NCBI GenBank assembly: GCA_963826115.1
Contig: CAWGVS010000011.1
Span: 174,820-238,819, forward strand
DNA from: an uncultured Candidatus Rokubacteria bacterium
Lineage (GTDB): Bacteria; Methylomirabilota; Methylomirabilia; Rokubacteriales; DASRDR01
Direction: 5' to 3'
DNA length: 64,000 nucleotides
Position 1 is the first letter of the stretch, and every line of letters starts with the position of its first letter. Position numbers and translations under genes: made by a program. This document shows, piece by piece, positions 10,534 through 19,930 of this stretch. Under the pieces are notes generated by a model. It ran no database searches, was not told the origin of the DNA, and worked only from the letters and a program-made list of their open reading frames with translations.

Positions 10534-12792
10534 TTGAGGATCGTCTGCATCGGCGGGGGTCCGGCCGGGCTCTACTTCGCGGCCCTCATGAAGAAGGCCG
10601 ACCCCGCGCACGACGTCACCGTCGTGGAGCGGAACCGCCCCGACGACACCTTCGGGTTCGGGGTCGTCTTCTCCGACGCGACCCTCGAGCACTTCGCCCG
10701 GGCCGATCGCGAGACGCACGACGAGATCGTCCGCGCCTTCGCCCACTGGGACGACATCGACATCCACTACCGCGGCACCGTCGTGACCTCGACGGGCCAC
10801 GGCTTCGCCGGCATGTCCCGGCAGCGGCTTCTCGACATCCTGCAGCGCCGGTGCCGGAGCCTCGACGTGACGCTCGAGTACCTGACCGAGGTGCGGGACC
10901 TCGCCCCGTACCGGGATGCGGACCTGGTCCTCGCCGCCGACGGCGTCAACAGCGCGATCCGGGCCCGGCACGCCGAGCAGTTCGGCCGCCGGATCGAGTG
11001 GCGACCCAACCGGTTCGTCTGGCTGGGCACGACCTGTCCGTTCCCGGCCTTCACCTTCATCTTCAAGGAGGATGTGCACGGGCTCTGGCGGGTCCACGCC
11101 TACCGCTACGACGCGCAGCACGCCACCTTCATCCTGGAGACGACCGACGCCACCTGGCGCCGGGCGGGTCTCGACGAGGCGTCCGAGGACGACACGGCGG
11201 CGTTCACGGAGGAGCTGTTCTCCGACGAGCTCAAGGGCCACCCCATCCTCAAGAACCGGTCGCTCTGGCGGAACTTCCCGGTGGTCCGGAACGAGCGCTG
11301 GGCGCACGGCAACGTCGTCCTGGTGGGGGACGCCGCCCACACCGCGCACTTCTCGGTCGGGTCCGGGACGAAGCTCGCCATGGAGGACGCCATCGCGCTC
11401 AGCCGGGCGCTCCAGCGGCACGCGGAGGTCCCGGCCGCCCTCGCGGCCTACGAGGCCGAGCGGCGGCCCGAGGTCGAGAGCCTCCAGCGCGCGGCCCAGG
11501 TGAGCCTCGAATGGTTCGAGACGACCGAGCGGTACCAGCGCCTCGAGCCGATCCAGTTCGCGATGAGCCTCCTCACACGGAGCCTCCGCGTCACGCACGA
11601 CAACCTCAAGGTCCGGGATCCGCGATTCGTCGCGACGGTGGACCGGTGGTTCGCGGAGGGTTCCGCTCAGCAGAGCGGCGTCCCGCTGTCGGCCTCCCCG
11701 GCGCGGTGTCCGCCGCCCATGTTCACGCCGTTCCGGCTCCGAGACCTGGTCCTCTCGAACCGCATCGTGGTGTCGCCCATGTGCCAGTACTCGGCCGAGG
11801 ACGGGACGCCGAACGACTGGCACCTCGTCCATCTCGGAAGCCGCGCCGCCGGCGGGGCGGCCCTGGTCGTCGCCGAGATGACCGACGTGAGCCGGGAGGG
11901 ACGCATCAGCCCGGGATGCACCGGGATGTACAAGCCCGAGCACGTCGATGCCTGGCGGCGCATCGTCGAGTTCGTCCACCGCCACACCGGCGCGCGCATC
12001 GCGCTCCAGCTCGCCCACGCCGGACGCAAGGGGTCGACGCGGCGCATGTGGGACGGGATCGACGAGCCCTTGCCCGACGGGAACTGGCCGCTCGTGTCGG
12101 CCTCGCCGCTCCCGTACTTCCCGCACAGCCAGGTCCCGCGCGAGATGACCCGCGGTGACATGGACCTGGTCCGCGACCAGTTCGGCGAGGCGGCCCGGAT
12201 GGCCGAGGGCGCCGGGTTCGACATGCTCGAGCTCCACATGGCGCACGGCTATCTCCTCGCGAGCTTCATCTCGCCCCTGACCAACGTGCGCACGGACGCG
12301 TATGGGGGGCTGCTCGAGCGCCGGATGCGCTTCCCGCTCGAGGTCTTCGACGCGGTGCGGGCCGTCTGGCCGGCGGGCAAGCCGATCTCGGTCAAGATCT
12401 CGGCCGCGGACTGGGCGCCGGGCGGCACGACGGCCGAGGATGCCGTGCGGATCGCGACCAGACTGCGGGTCCACGGCTGCGACGCCGTCACCGTCTCCAC
12501 GGGCCAGACGGTGCCGCATCAGCGGCCGGTCTACGGGCGGCTCTACCAGACGCCGCTCAGCGACCGGATCCGCCACGAGGCGGGGATCCCGACGATGACC
12601 GTCGGAAACCTGTCCACGTACGCCGACGCGAACTCGATCCTGGCCGCCGGCCGGGCGGACCTGTGCGTCCTCGCCCGCGGCCATCTCTACGACCCCTACT
12701 GGACTCGCCACGCGGCCCGGGAGCAGGGCTACGACCTCCCGTGGCCCGAGCAGTACGAGTCCGTCAGGAGCTACACGACACGAGCGCGCTAG
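10534..12792 (+). CDS. abmA: Bifunctional salicylyl-CoA 5-hydroxylase / 2-aminobenzoyl-CoA monooxygenase-reductase (AbmA-like)
   Basis: N-terminal flavin monooxygenase ([38 protein letters not shown]). C-terminal OYE domain ([18 protein letters not shown]). Confidence 0.88.
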   Translation: MRIVCIGGGPAGLYFAALMKKADPAHDVTVVERNRPDDTFGFGVVFSDATLEHFARADRETHDEIVRAFAHWDDIDIHYRGTVVTSTGHGFAGMSRQRLLDILQRRCRSLDVTLEYLTEVRDLAPYRDADLVLAADGVNSAIRARHAEQFGRRIEWRPNRFVWLGTTCPFPAFTFIFKEDVHGLWRVHAYRYDAQHATFILETTDATWRRAGLDEASEDDTAAFTEELFSDELKGHPILKNRSLWRNFPVVRNERWAHGNVVLVGDAAHTAHFSVGSGTKLAMEDAIALSRALQRHAEVPAALAAYEAERRPEVESLQRAAQVSLEWFETTERYQRLEPIQFAMSLLTRSLRVTHDNLKVRDPRFVATVDRWFAEGSAQQSGVPLSASPARCPPPMFTPFRLRDLVLSNRIVVSPMCQYSAEDGTPNDWHLVHLGSRAAGGAALVVAEMTDVSREGRISPGCTGMYKPEHVDAWRRIVEFVHRHTGARIALQLAHAGRKGSTRRMWDGIDEPLPDGNWPLVSASPLPYFPHSQVPREMTRGDMDLVRDQFGEAARMAEGAGFDMLELHMAHGYLLASFISPLTNVRTDAYGGLLERRMRFPLEVFDAVRAVWPAGKPISVKISAADWAPGGTTAEDAVRIATRLRVHGCDAVTVSTGQTVPHQRPVYGRLYQTPLSDRIRHEAGIPTMTVGNLSTYADANSILAAGRADLCVLARGHLYDPYWTRHAAREQGYDLPWPEQYESVRSYTTRAR

Positions 12793-12924
12793 GATCCGGC
12801 TCACTTCCAGGCCGGCCTGCTTGAGATGGTCGCGCGCCCGCCACTGGCGAACTGGTCGTCACGTGCTCTATGCTGCCCGGGGGTCGAGCGCCCGGGGTTG
12901 CCTTCATCCACACGGAGGACACCG

Positions 12925-14100
12925 ATGCGAAGGATGGTGATCGGACTCGGAAGCCTGATCGTCCTGCTCGCCGCTGTCTCGGCGGGCGCCCAGCCGACCG
13001 TCAAGATCGGGCTGATCATGCCGTACTCCGGCCAGTTCGCCGACACGGCGACCCAGATGGACAACGCCATCAAGCTCTACGTGAAGCAGAAGGGCGACAC
13101 CGTCGCGGGCCGAAAGCTCGAGTTCATCCGCCGGGACACCGGCGGTGTCGCGCCCGACGTCGCCAAGCGCCTGGCGCAGGAGCTGGTCGTGCGCGACCAG
13201 GTGGACATTCTCGCCGGCTTCGTCCTCACGCCCAACGCGCTCGCTGCTGCCGACGTGTCGGCGGAGGCGAAGAAGCTCATGGTGGTGATGAACGCCGCCA
13301 CGTCGATCATCACCACCAAATCGCCGTACCTCGTGCGCACCTCGGTGACCACTCCGCAGGTGAACGAGCCGTTCGGCGCCTGGGCCTTCCGGAGCGGTAT
13401 CCGCAAGGTCTACACGATGGTCTCCGACTTCGGGCCGGCCCACGACGCGGAGGGAGCCTTCCAGCGCGCGTTCAAGGAAGCCGGCGGCGAGATCGTCGGC
13501 TCGGTGCGGTTCCCGGTCGCGAATCCGGACTTCTCGGCTTTCGTCCAGCGTGCCAAAGACGTGAGCCCGGAGGCGATCTATGTCTGGGTGCCGGGTGGCG
13601 TCCAGCCGGCCGCGATCGGCAAGGCGCTGGCGGAGCGGGGCATCGACCCGAAGAAGACGCGGATCCTGGGGCAAGGGGAGCTGACCGAGGAGGAGGCGCT
13701 CCGGAGCATGGGCGACGCCGGCCTCGGGATCATCACCGTCTACCACTACGACTACAACCACGATTCCGCGCTCAACCGGGACTTCGTCAAGGCCTACCAC
13801 GAAGCGGCTGGGCGGAACCCCAACATCTACAGCATCGGCGGCTACGACGGCATGCACCTCATCTACGAGGCGCTGAAGAAGACCGGGGGCAAGACCGACG
13901 GGGACTCGCTCATCGCGGCGGCCAAGGGCCTGCAGTGGGAGAGCCCGCGGGGGCCCGTCGCCATCGACCCGGAGACCCGCGACATCATCCAGACGGTCTA
14001 CATCCGGCGGGTGGAGAAGGTCGGGGACCAGCTCAGGAACGTGGAGTTCGACAAGATCGAGAACGTCAAGGATCCGGTGAAGGCCCGCATGAAGCCATGA
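12925..14100 (+). CDS. ABC transporter substrate-binding protein (aromatic acid/LivJ-like)
   Basis: Signal peptide, VKIGLIMPYSGQFA, WESPRGPVAIDPETRD; GGAGG RBS. Confidence 0.9.
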   Translation: MRRMVIGLGSLIVLLAAVSAGAQPTVKIGLIMPYSGQFADTATQMDNAIKLYVKQKGDTVAGRKLEFIRRDTGGVAPDVAKRLAQELVVRDQVDILAGFVLTPNALAAADVSAEAKKLMVVMNAATSIITTKSPYLVRTSVTTPQVNEPFGAWAFRSGIRKVYTMVSDFGPAHDAEGAFQRAFKEAGGEIVGSVRFPVANPDFSAFVQRAKDVSPEAIYVWVPGGVQPAAIGKALAERGIDPKKTRILGQGELTEEEALRSMGDAGLGIITVYHYDYNHDSALNRDFVKAYHEAAGRNPNIYSIGGYDGMHLIYEALKKTGGKTDGDSLIAAAKGLQWESPRGPVAIDPETRDIIQTVYIRRVEKVGDQLRNVEFDKIENVKDPVKARMKP

Positions 14101-14125
14101 CCGATCGCCCGTCCTGACCGTCGGC

Positions 14126-15001
14126 GTGCCGTCGGCCATGCTCGTGCCCGTGGTGGGCGTCCTGTTCGACGGCTTCGCCTACGGCATGCTCCTGTTCCTC
14201 CTCTCGGTCGGCCTGTCCGTGACGCTGGGCATGATGAACTTCGTCAACCTGGCGCACTGCAGCTTCGCGATGCTCGGCGGGTACGTCACCATCACCCTCA
14301 CGCAGAAGCTGGGATGGCCGTTTCTCGCCGCCTTGCCCGCGGCGTTCCTCGCCGCCGCCGCGGCGAGCATCATCCTGGAGCGCCTCCTCTATCGACGGCT
14401 GTACCGCGCGACCGATCTCGACCAGTGCCTTCTGACCATCGGCATCGTCTTCATGTCGGTGGCGGCGGCCGCCTACGTCTACGGCACCACCCAGCAACCG
14501 CTGGAGACGCCCGCCTACCTGCGCGGGGCGGTCACCTGGCTCGGCCTCCGGCTCGGCGTGTACCGGCTGTTCCTGGTCGGCACGGCGCTCGCGATCACGC
14601 TCGCCCTCGTCCTCGGCCTCGAGTACACGCGCTTCGGCGCGCAGGTCCGAGCCGCCGTCGACAACCCCCGCATGGCGCGCGGGCTCGGGATCGACGTCGA
14701 CAGCCGGTTCGCGATCACCTTCGCGCTCGGTAGCGGGCTCGCCGGTCTCGGCGGAGCGCTCGCCATCGAGATCGTCGGCCTCGACCCGGCCTTTGCCCTG
14801 ACCTATCTCGTGTACGTCCTCATCGTGGTGTCGGTGGGCGGACTCGGGTCCATCGGTGGATCGTTCGTCGCCGCCACGCTCCTGGGGCTGAGCGACGTTG
14901 CCGGCAAGTACTACGTCCCCGAGGTCGGCGCGTTTCTCATCTACCTCGTGATGGTCGGGCTCCTGATGTGGCGCCCCGCGGGCCTGTTCGGGAGACGCTA
15001 G
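14126..15001 (+). CDS. Branched-chain amino acid ABC permease (LivH-like)
   Basis: GMMNFVNLAH, TRFGAQVRA, GGLGSIGG, RPAGLFG. Confidence 0.92.
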   Translation: MPSAMLVPVVGVLFDGFAYGMLLFLLSVGLSVTLGMMNFVNLAHCSFAMLGGYVTITLTQKLGWPFLAALPAAFLAAAAASIILERLLYRRLYRATDLDQCLLTIGIVFMSVAAAAYVYGTTQQPLETPAYLRGAVTWLGLRLGVYRLFLVGTALAITLALVLGLEYTRFGAQVRAAVDNPRMARGLGIDVDSRFAITFALGSGLAGLGGALAIEIVGLDPAFALTYLVYVLIVVSVGGLGSIGGSFVAATLLGLSDVAGKYYVPEVGAFLIYLVMVGLLMWRPAGLFGRR

Positions 15002-15002
15002 C

Positions 15003-16076
15003 GTGACGGCCCCGGGACCGGCCCTGGATCCCCGAAACGAGCTGGCGACTCGCGGCCGGTGGCGTGCCGTCGAGGTGGCCTTCTGGCTCGCGGCGCTCTC
15101 CCCGTTTCTCCTCTTCCCGTCGCATCTCCAGCTGGCGAGCCAGATTGCGATCACCGCGCTCTTCGCCTTGTCGCTCGACCTCCTGCTGGGCTACTCGGGG
15201 ATGGTGTCGCTCGGTCATGCGGCCTTCTTCGGCCTCGGCGCCTACACGGCCGGGCTCCTGGCGAAGGGCGGCTGGGGGGAGCCGCTGTCGGGGCTCGCGG
15301 CCGCGGCGGCGGTGGCCGGCCTGGCGGGATACGCCGCGAGCTTCATCGTCTCCCGCGTCCGTCACCTGGCGCTCATCATGATCACGCTTGGCCTGGGTCT
15401 CCTGGTCCACGAGGCCGCGAACAAGGCGCACTGGCTCACGGGCGGCGCCGACGGCCTCCAGGGCGTCCGGATGTGGCCGCTCCTCGGCCGTTTCCGATTC
15501 GATCTCTACGGCTACACGGCCTACGCGTACTCGCTGGCCGTCCTCGCCCTTGCCTTCCTCGTGGCACGCCGAGTCGTCAACTCCCCGTTCGGCCTGTCGT
15601 TGCGGGGGATCCGCGAGAATCCTCTCCGGATGCCCGCCCTGGGCGCGCCGAGCGGCTCCCACATTCGCACGGTGTACGCCATCGCCTCGGTCCTCGCGGG
15701 GATCGCCGGCGCCCTCCTCGCGCAGACGACCGAGACCGTGTCCCTCGCCACGCTGGAGTTCCAGCGCTCGGCGGAGGTCCTCGTGATCCTGATCCTTGGC
15801 GGCGCCGGCCGGCTCTACGGCGGCCTGGTCGGCGCCGTGATCTTCCTGGTGGCGCGAGACCGGTTCTCCGGCCTCAATCCCCAGTACTGGTACTTCTGGA
15901 TGGGCGCGCTCCTGGTCCTGGTCGTGATGGCGCTGCCCAACGGCGTGCTCGGCGGGCTCGCGCGGCTCGCCGGACCCCTGCCGGGCTCCGGCGCGGGGCC
16001 GGCGCCGCCGCGAGGCGGCAGCCTCGTCAGGAGACTCGCGCGGCTCGCCCCGTCGCGGGGGGACGGGAGCCCGTGA
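15003..16076 (+). CDS. Branched-chain amino acid ABC permease (LivM-like)
   Basis: GYSGMVSLGHAAFFG, LTGGADG, SPFGLSLRGIREN. Confidence 0.92.
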   Translation: MTAPGPALDPRNELATRGRWRAVEVAFWLAALSPFLLFPSHLQLASQIAITALFALSLDLLLGYSGMVSLGHAAFFGLGAYTAGLLAKGGWGEPLSGLAAAAAVAGLAGYAASFIVSRVRHLALIMITLGLGLLVHEAANKAHWLTGGADGLQGVRMWPLLGRFRFDLYGYTAYAYSLAVLALAFLVARRVVNSPFGLSLRGIRENPLRMPALGAPSGSHIRTVYAIASVLAGIAGALLAQTTETVSLATLEFQRSAEVLVILILGGAGRLYGGLVGAVIFLVARDRFSGLNPQYWYFWMGALLVLVVMALPNGVLGGLARLAGPLPGSGAGPAPPRGGSLVRRLARLAPSRGDGSP

Positions 16077-16828
16077 ACGCGCCAGCGTTGACCACGCGCC
16101 GGCTCAGCAAGAGCTTCGGCTCGCTCGTGGTGGCGAAGGACGTCGAGCTATCCCTTCCCCCGGGGGCGCGCTACGCCCTGATCGGTCCCAACGGCGCCGG
16201 GAAGACGACGCTCGTCAACCTGATCACGGGCATGCTCGAGCCCGACGACGGACACGTCCTTCTCGGCGACGAGGACGTGACCCGCCTCGGACCGGACCAG
16301 CGCGTCAAGCGGGGCCTCGCGCGCACCTTCCAGATCAACACCCTGTTTCCCCGTCTGAGCCCGCTCGAGGCCGTGACCCTCGCAGTGTGCGAGCGGCGCG
16401 GGGTGGCCGGCACCTGGTGGCGAGGGCTTGGCGCCTACCGGACCGAGATGGACGAGGCGTACGGCACGCTCCGCTCCCTGGCGCTCGACGCCGTGTGCCA
16501 TCGGCCGACCCGCGAGCTCTCCTACGGGCAACAGCGGCTCCTCGAGATCGCCCTCGCGCTCGCGACGCGCCCGCGCGTGCTCCTGCTGGACGAGCCGGCC
16601 GCCGGTGTGCCCCGGGACGAGAGCGCGGCGCTGTTCGCCGCGGTCGCCGGCCTCTCGCCGGACCTGACCGTGCTCTTCATCGAGCACGACATGAACGTGG
16701 TCTTCCGGTTCGCGAGCCGCGTCATCGTGATGGTCGGGGGCCAGATCCTCGTCGAGGGCACGCCGCCCGAGATCGCCGCCGACCAGCGCGTGCAGGAGAT
16801 CTATCTGGGCGGAGGGCGCCATGGCTGA
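16073..16828 (+). CDS. ABC ATP-binding protein (LivG-like)
   Basis: GPNGAGKT, RTFQ, LSYGQQR, LLLDEPAAG, IEHDM. Confidence 0.92.
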   Translation: MNAPALTTRRLSKSFGSLVVAKDVELSLPPGARYALIGPNGAGKTTLVNLITGMLEPDDGHVLLGDEDVTRLGPDQRVKRGLARTFQINTLFPRLSPLEAVTLAVCERRGVAGTWWRGLGAYRTEMDEAYGTLRSLALDAVCHRPTRELSYGQQRLLEIALALATRPRVLLLDEPAAGVPRDESAALFAAVAGLSPDLTVLFIEHDMNVVFRFASRVIVMVGGQILVEGTPPEIAADQRVQEIYLGGGRHG

Positions 16829-17543
16829 GCCTCTGCTGGCGCTGCGGAACGTGCGGGCCGGTTACGGCGAGGCGGTCGTGCTCGACGACGTCTCGTTCGA
16901 GGTCCTCGAGCGGGGTCGTCTGGCCGTGCTCGGGCGAAACGGGGTCGGCAAGTCGACGCTTCTCCTCACGATCATGGGCCACACGAACGTCAGCCACGGC
17001 TCGATCGCGTGGCGCGGCGCCGTGATCACCGCTGCGGCGCCGCACCACCGCGCGCGCGGTGGACTCGGGTGGGTGCCGCAGGAGCGCGAGATCTTCTCGT
17101 CCCTGACGGTCGAAGAGAACTTGACGGTCGCCGCGCGCCCGGGCCGGTGGGGCCTCGAGGCGGTCTACGGCCTCTTCCCCTCGCTGGCGGCTCGGCGCCA
17201 CAGCAAGGGCAGCCATCTCTCGGGCGGCGAGCAGCAGATGCTTGCGATCGCGCGCGCGCTGATGACCAATCCTGCGCTGCTCCTGCTCGACGAGCCGCTG
17301 GAGGGGCTCGCGCCGATCGTGGCGGAGAAGCTGGCGAGCGCGATCCGCCGCATGACCGCCGATGAGGGGACCGCCGTCATCCTGGTGGAGCAGCACGCGG
17401 AGCTCGCGCTCTCGTTGACGGACACGGCGCTCATCCTGGAGCGGGGACGGATCGCGCACCGGGCGGCGTCCTCGGCGCTCCTCGCGGACCGGGCCACGCT
17501 CGAGCGGCTGGTCGGGCTCAAGGTCGGCGGCGACCCGGGGTAG
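16821..17543 (+). CDS. ABC ATP-binding protein (LivF-like)
   Basis: GRNGVGKS, LSGGEQQMLAIAR, LLDEPLEGL, VEQH. Confidence 0.92.
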   Translation: MAEPLLALRNVRAGYGEAVVLDDVSFEVLERGRLAVLGRNGVGKSTLLLTIMGHTNVSHGSIAWRGAVITAAAPHHRARGGLGWVPQEREIFSSLTVEENLTVAARPGRWGLEAVYGLFPSLAARRHSKGSHLSGGEQQMLAIARALMTNPALLLLDEPLEGLAPIVAEKLASAIRRMTADEGTAVILVEQHAELALSLTDTALILERGRIAHRAASSALLADRATLERLVGLKVGGDPG

Positions 17544-17590
17544 CCCTGCCCGGCCCGGAGGGGACGGATCGCCAGGCCGCGATCGGCTCC

Positions 17591-17797
17591 TCAGGCCGCC
17601 GACGCCTGGCCGAGGAAGAGACGGATGGCCGTGCCGGCATGGGCCAGGGCCAGGCCCGGGTCGAGCGCCGATGCCTCGCGGAAGGTGCCGAGCGCGCCGC
17701 GGCCCCAGCCGAGAAGGTCGCGCACGGCGTCGTCGTACCGGGAGAGGGCGCCGGCGCCGGAACCCGTGACCGGCAGCCCGTACGCGTCGGCGGCCAT
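17591..17797 (-). pseudogene. Truncated N-terminus of a TTC38-like TPR protein (68 aa)
   Basis: DAYGLPVTG...YDDAVRDLL...ALDPGLALAHAG resembles the start of ~450-aa TTC38-like proteins, but the ORF stops early. Confidence 0.5.
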
Positions 17798-17800
17798 CGA

Positions 17801-18955
17801 TCAGAGGCCCGGGTCGTCCGTACGGCCGAGCGAGGCGCCGGCCACCACGTTCCGCAGCATCTGGACCGTGCCGCCAGCGATCGTGAACATGCGGGCGTCG
17901 CGCACCATCCGCTCGAGCGGCAGGTCGCGCGAGTAGCCGCTCGCGCCGAAGATCTGGAGGGCGTCGTTCGTGACACGCATCGCCGTCTCGCTCGCCAGGA
18001 TCTTGGCCATGGCGGCTTCGGTCATGTCGGGCAGCCCGTGCCCCGCGTTGGCCGCGGCGCGGTAGACGAGCTGTCGCGCGGCCTCCACCTGGAGCGCCAT
18101 GTCGGCGACCATCCAGCGGAGGCCCTGGAAGTGTCCGATCGGCCGGCCGAACTGCTCGCGCTCGCCGGCGTACCGGACCGCAGCCTCGAGTGCCCCCTGG
18201 GCGAGCCCGAGCGCGACCGTGGCGGCGCCGAGCCGCTGGCCGTTGTAGGCGGCCATGAGCTGCTTGAAGCCGCCCGCCGGGAGCAGGAGATTCTCCCCGG
18301 GGACGCGGCAACGGTCGAAGACGACCTCGCCCTCCGGGATGCCCCGCATCCCCATGGCCCGCTCGCGTCGGGTGACGGCCAGGCCCGGGGTGCCGGCCTC
18401 GACGATCAGCGCCCCGATGCCCGCCGATCCGGGGATGCCGTCGAACCGGCAGAGCACCACGTAGGTCTGCGAGACGCCGGCGCCGGTGATCCAGCGCTTC
18501 GTCCCGGTCAGCATCCACGCGTCGCCGTCTCGCTCGGCGCGCGTCTCGAGCTCGGAGGCGGCCGAGCCCGCTCCGGCCTCGGTGATGGCGATGGCCGGCT
18601 TGTCCCCCTGGACCACGCGCGGCAGGTATTTCCGCTTCTGCGCCTCGGTGCCGTGGTGGACGATCGCTCCGACCGGACCCAGGTTCGAGTCGACGAGGAG
18701 ACGCCCGGTCACGCCGCAGACGCGCGCGACCTGCTCGATCGCGAGCACCACGTCGAGGAGCGCCTCGCCCTGTCCGCCGTATGCGGCGGGGATCGTCATG
18801 CCCATGAGCCCGGCCTCGACGAGCTGCTTGACGTTGTCCCAGGGATACTCCTCGCGCTCGTCCCAGCGCGCCGCCCGCCCGCGGAACTCCTGGTCGGCGA
18901 GCACGCGGGCTCGCGTTTGGACGGCCTCTTGCTCCGCGGTCAGTGGAAACCGCAT
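17801..18955 (-). CDS. Acyl-CoA dehydrogenase-fold protein, 3-sulfinopropionyl-CoA desulfinase-like
   Basis: YPWDNV, GRLLVDSNLG, GDKPAI, AMGMRGIPE, YNGQRLGA, RDARMFTIAGGT (no catalytic Glu). Confidence 0.75.
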   Translation of the reverse strand: MRFPLTAEQEAVQTRARVLADQEFRGRAARWDEREEYPWDNVKQLVEAGLMGMTIPAAYGGQGEALLDVVLAIEQVARVCGVTGRLLVDSNLGPVGAIVHHGTEAQKRKYLPRVVQGDKPAIAITEAGAGSAASELETRAERDGDAWMLTGTKRWITGAGVSQTYVVLCRFDGIPGSAGIGALIVEAGTPGLAVTRRERAMGMRGIPEGEVVFDRCRVPGENLLLPAGGFKQLMAAYNGQRLGAATVALGLAQGALEAAVRYAGEREQFGRPIGHFQGLRWMVADMALQVEAARQLVYRAAANAGHGLPDMTEAAMAKILASETAMRVTNDALQIFGASGYSRDLPLERMVRDARMFTIAGGTVQMLRNVVAGASLGRTDDPGL

Positions 18956-18998
18956 GTCGCCCCCTTGCGCGCCCCAGGCGCGCACGTTGACAGCCGCG

Positions 18999-19028
18999 AC
19001 TGTAGGGCCAGCCGGCGGCGGGGGTCAA
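18999..19028 (-). promoter_or_regulatory. Putative sigma70 promoter for the desulfinase-like gene
   Basis: TTGACC (19028-19023), 18 bp, TACAGT (19004-18999). Confidence 0.4.
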
Positions 19029-19029
19029 G

Positions 19030-19063
19030 GCGCCGCGATGCGAGATGCGCCGCGATGCGAGAT
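19030..19063. repeat. 17-bp perfect tandem duplication
   Basis: gcgccgcgatgcgagat x2 in a divergent intergenic region. Confidence 0.85.
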
Positions 19064-19193
19064 CGGACACCGTGACACAATGTCTCCAAACGGAGCGACC
19101 CCCGCCGTGGCGGGAACGCCGCGGCTTGCCGGCGCGTTCCAGAAATAGGACCGGGCCCGCCCCGACGCGCGCCCGTCCGGTTGGAGGACACAC

Positions 19194-19784
19194 ATGAACG
19201 GACGATGGTCGACCTCGGCCGCGCTTGCGGCGTGGGCCCTCGGCGCTGGGTTTGCGGCACTCCTGCTCCTGGCCTCTCCCTCGGGAGTGAGCGCCGATGG
19301 GGGAGGCGGGGGTGGTGGCGGCGGCGGGGGTGGCGGTGGTGGGGGTGGGGGAGGCGGCGGGAGCCAGGAGAGGTCCGCGACCGCGAAGCCGGCGGATCCG
19401 GACTACACCGCCGGCGTGAGGGCGATCGACGCCGGCCAGTACGCGACGGCGATCCCGCTGCTGCAAAAGGCCGTCGCGCGGGACGGCACCAATGCGGACG
19501 CCTACAACTGGCTCGCCTACGCCACGCGCCGGAACGGGGACCCCGCCGCGGCGATCCCGATCTACGAGAAGGCGCTCGCGCTCGATCCCAAGCACCGGGG
19601 CGCCCACGAGTACATCGGCGAGGCGTACCTCACGCTCGACAACCTGCCGAAGGCCAAGGAGCACCTCGCCCGCCTCGACAAGCTCTGCTTCTTCCCGTGC
19701 TCGCAGCACAAGGATCTCAAGAAGGCCGTCGAGGCGTACGAGACGAGCGGAGGGAAGATCAAGCCGACCGCCGCCTCCCGCTGA
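19194..19784 (+). CDS. Exported tetratricopeptide repeat protein with poly-Gly linker
   Basis: Signal peptide, 21 Gly, TPRs (ADAYNWLAY..., YEKALALDPKHRGAHEYIGEAYL), C-terminal CxxxC; GGAGG RBS. Confidence 0.88.
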   Translation: MNGRWSTSAALAAWALGAGFAALLLLASPSGVSADGGGGGGGGGGGGGGGGGGGGGSQERSATAKPADPDYTAGVRAIDAGQYATAIPLLQKAVARDGTNADAYNWLAYATRRNGDPAAAIPIYEKALALDPKHRGAHEYIGEAYLTLDNLPKAKEHLARLDKLCFFPCSQHKDLKKAVEAYETSGGKIKPTAASR

Positions 19785-19930
19785 CCGCCATCCCTCGCTC
19801 GACCTGACCTTCCTCCCGCTCCCGGCAGGCGGTGGCTCTGCCGGGAAGTCCGCGGGATTCGCCGGGTCGCCGATGGTAGACTGCCGTCGGCCGCCCGGCG
19901 ATCCGCCCGAGCGGCAACGATGGATCGCTG

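Noticed and set aside
10405-12804. Long antisense ORFs (also 16722-19709, 19562-21970, 28307-31303, 47659-50220)
   Set aside because: Shadow ORFs expected in very GC-rich DNA; Arg/Pro/Gly-rich with no motifs, and overlapping well-supported genes.
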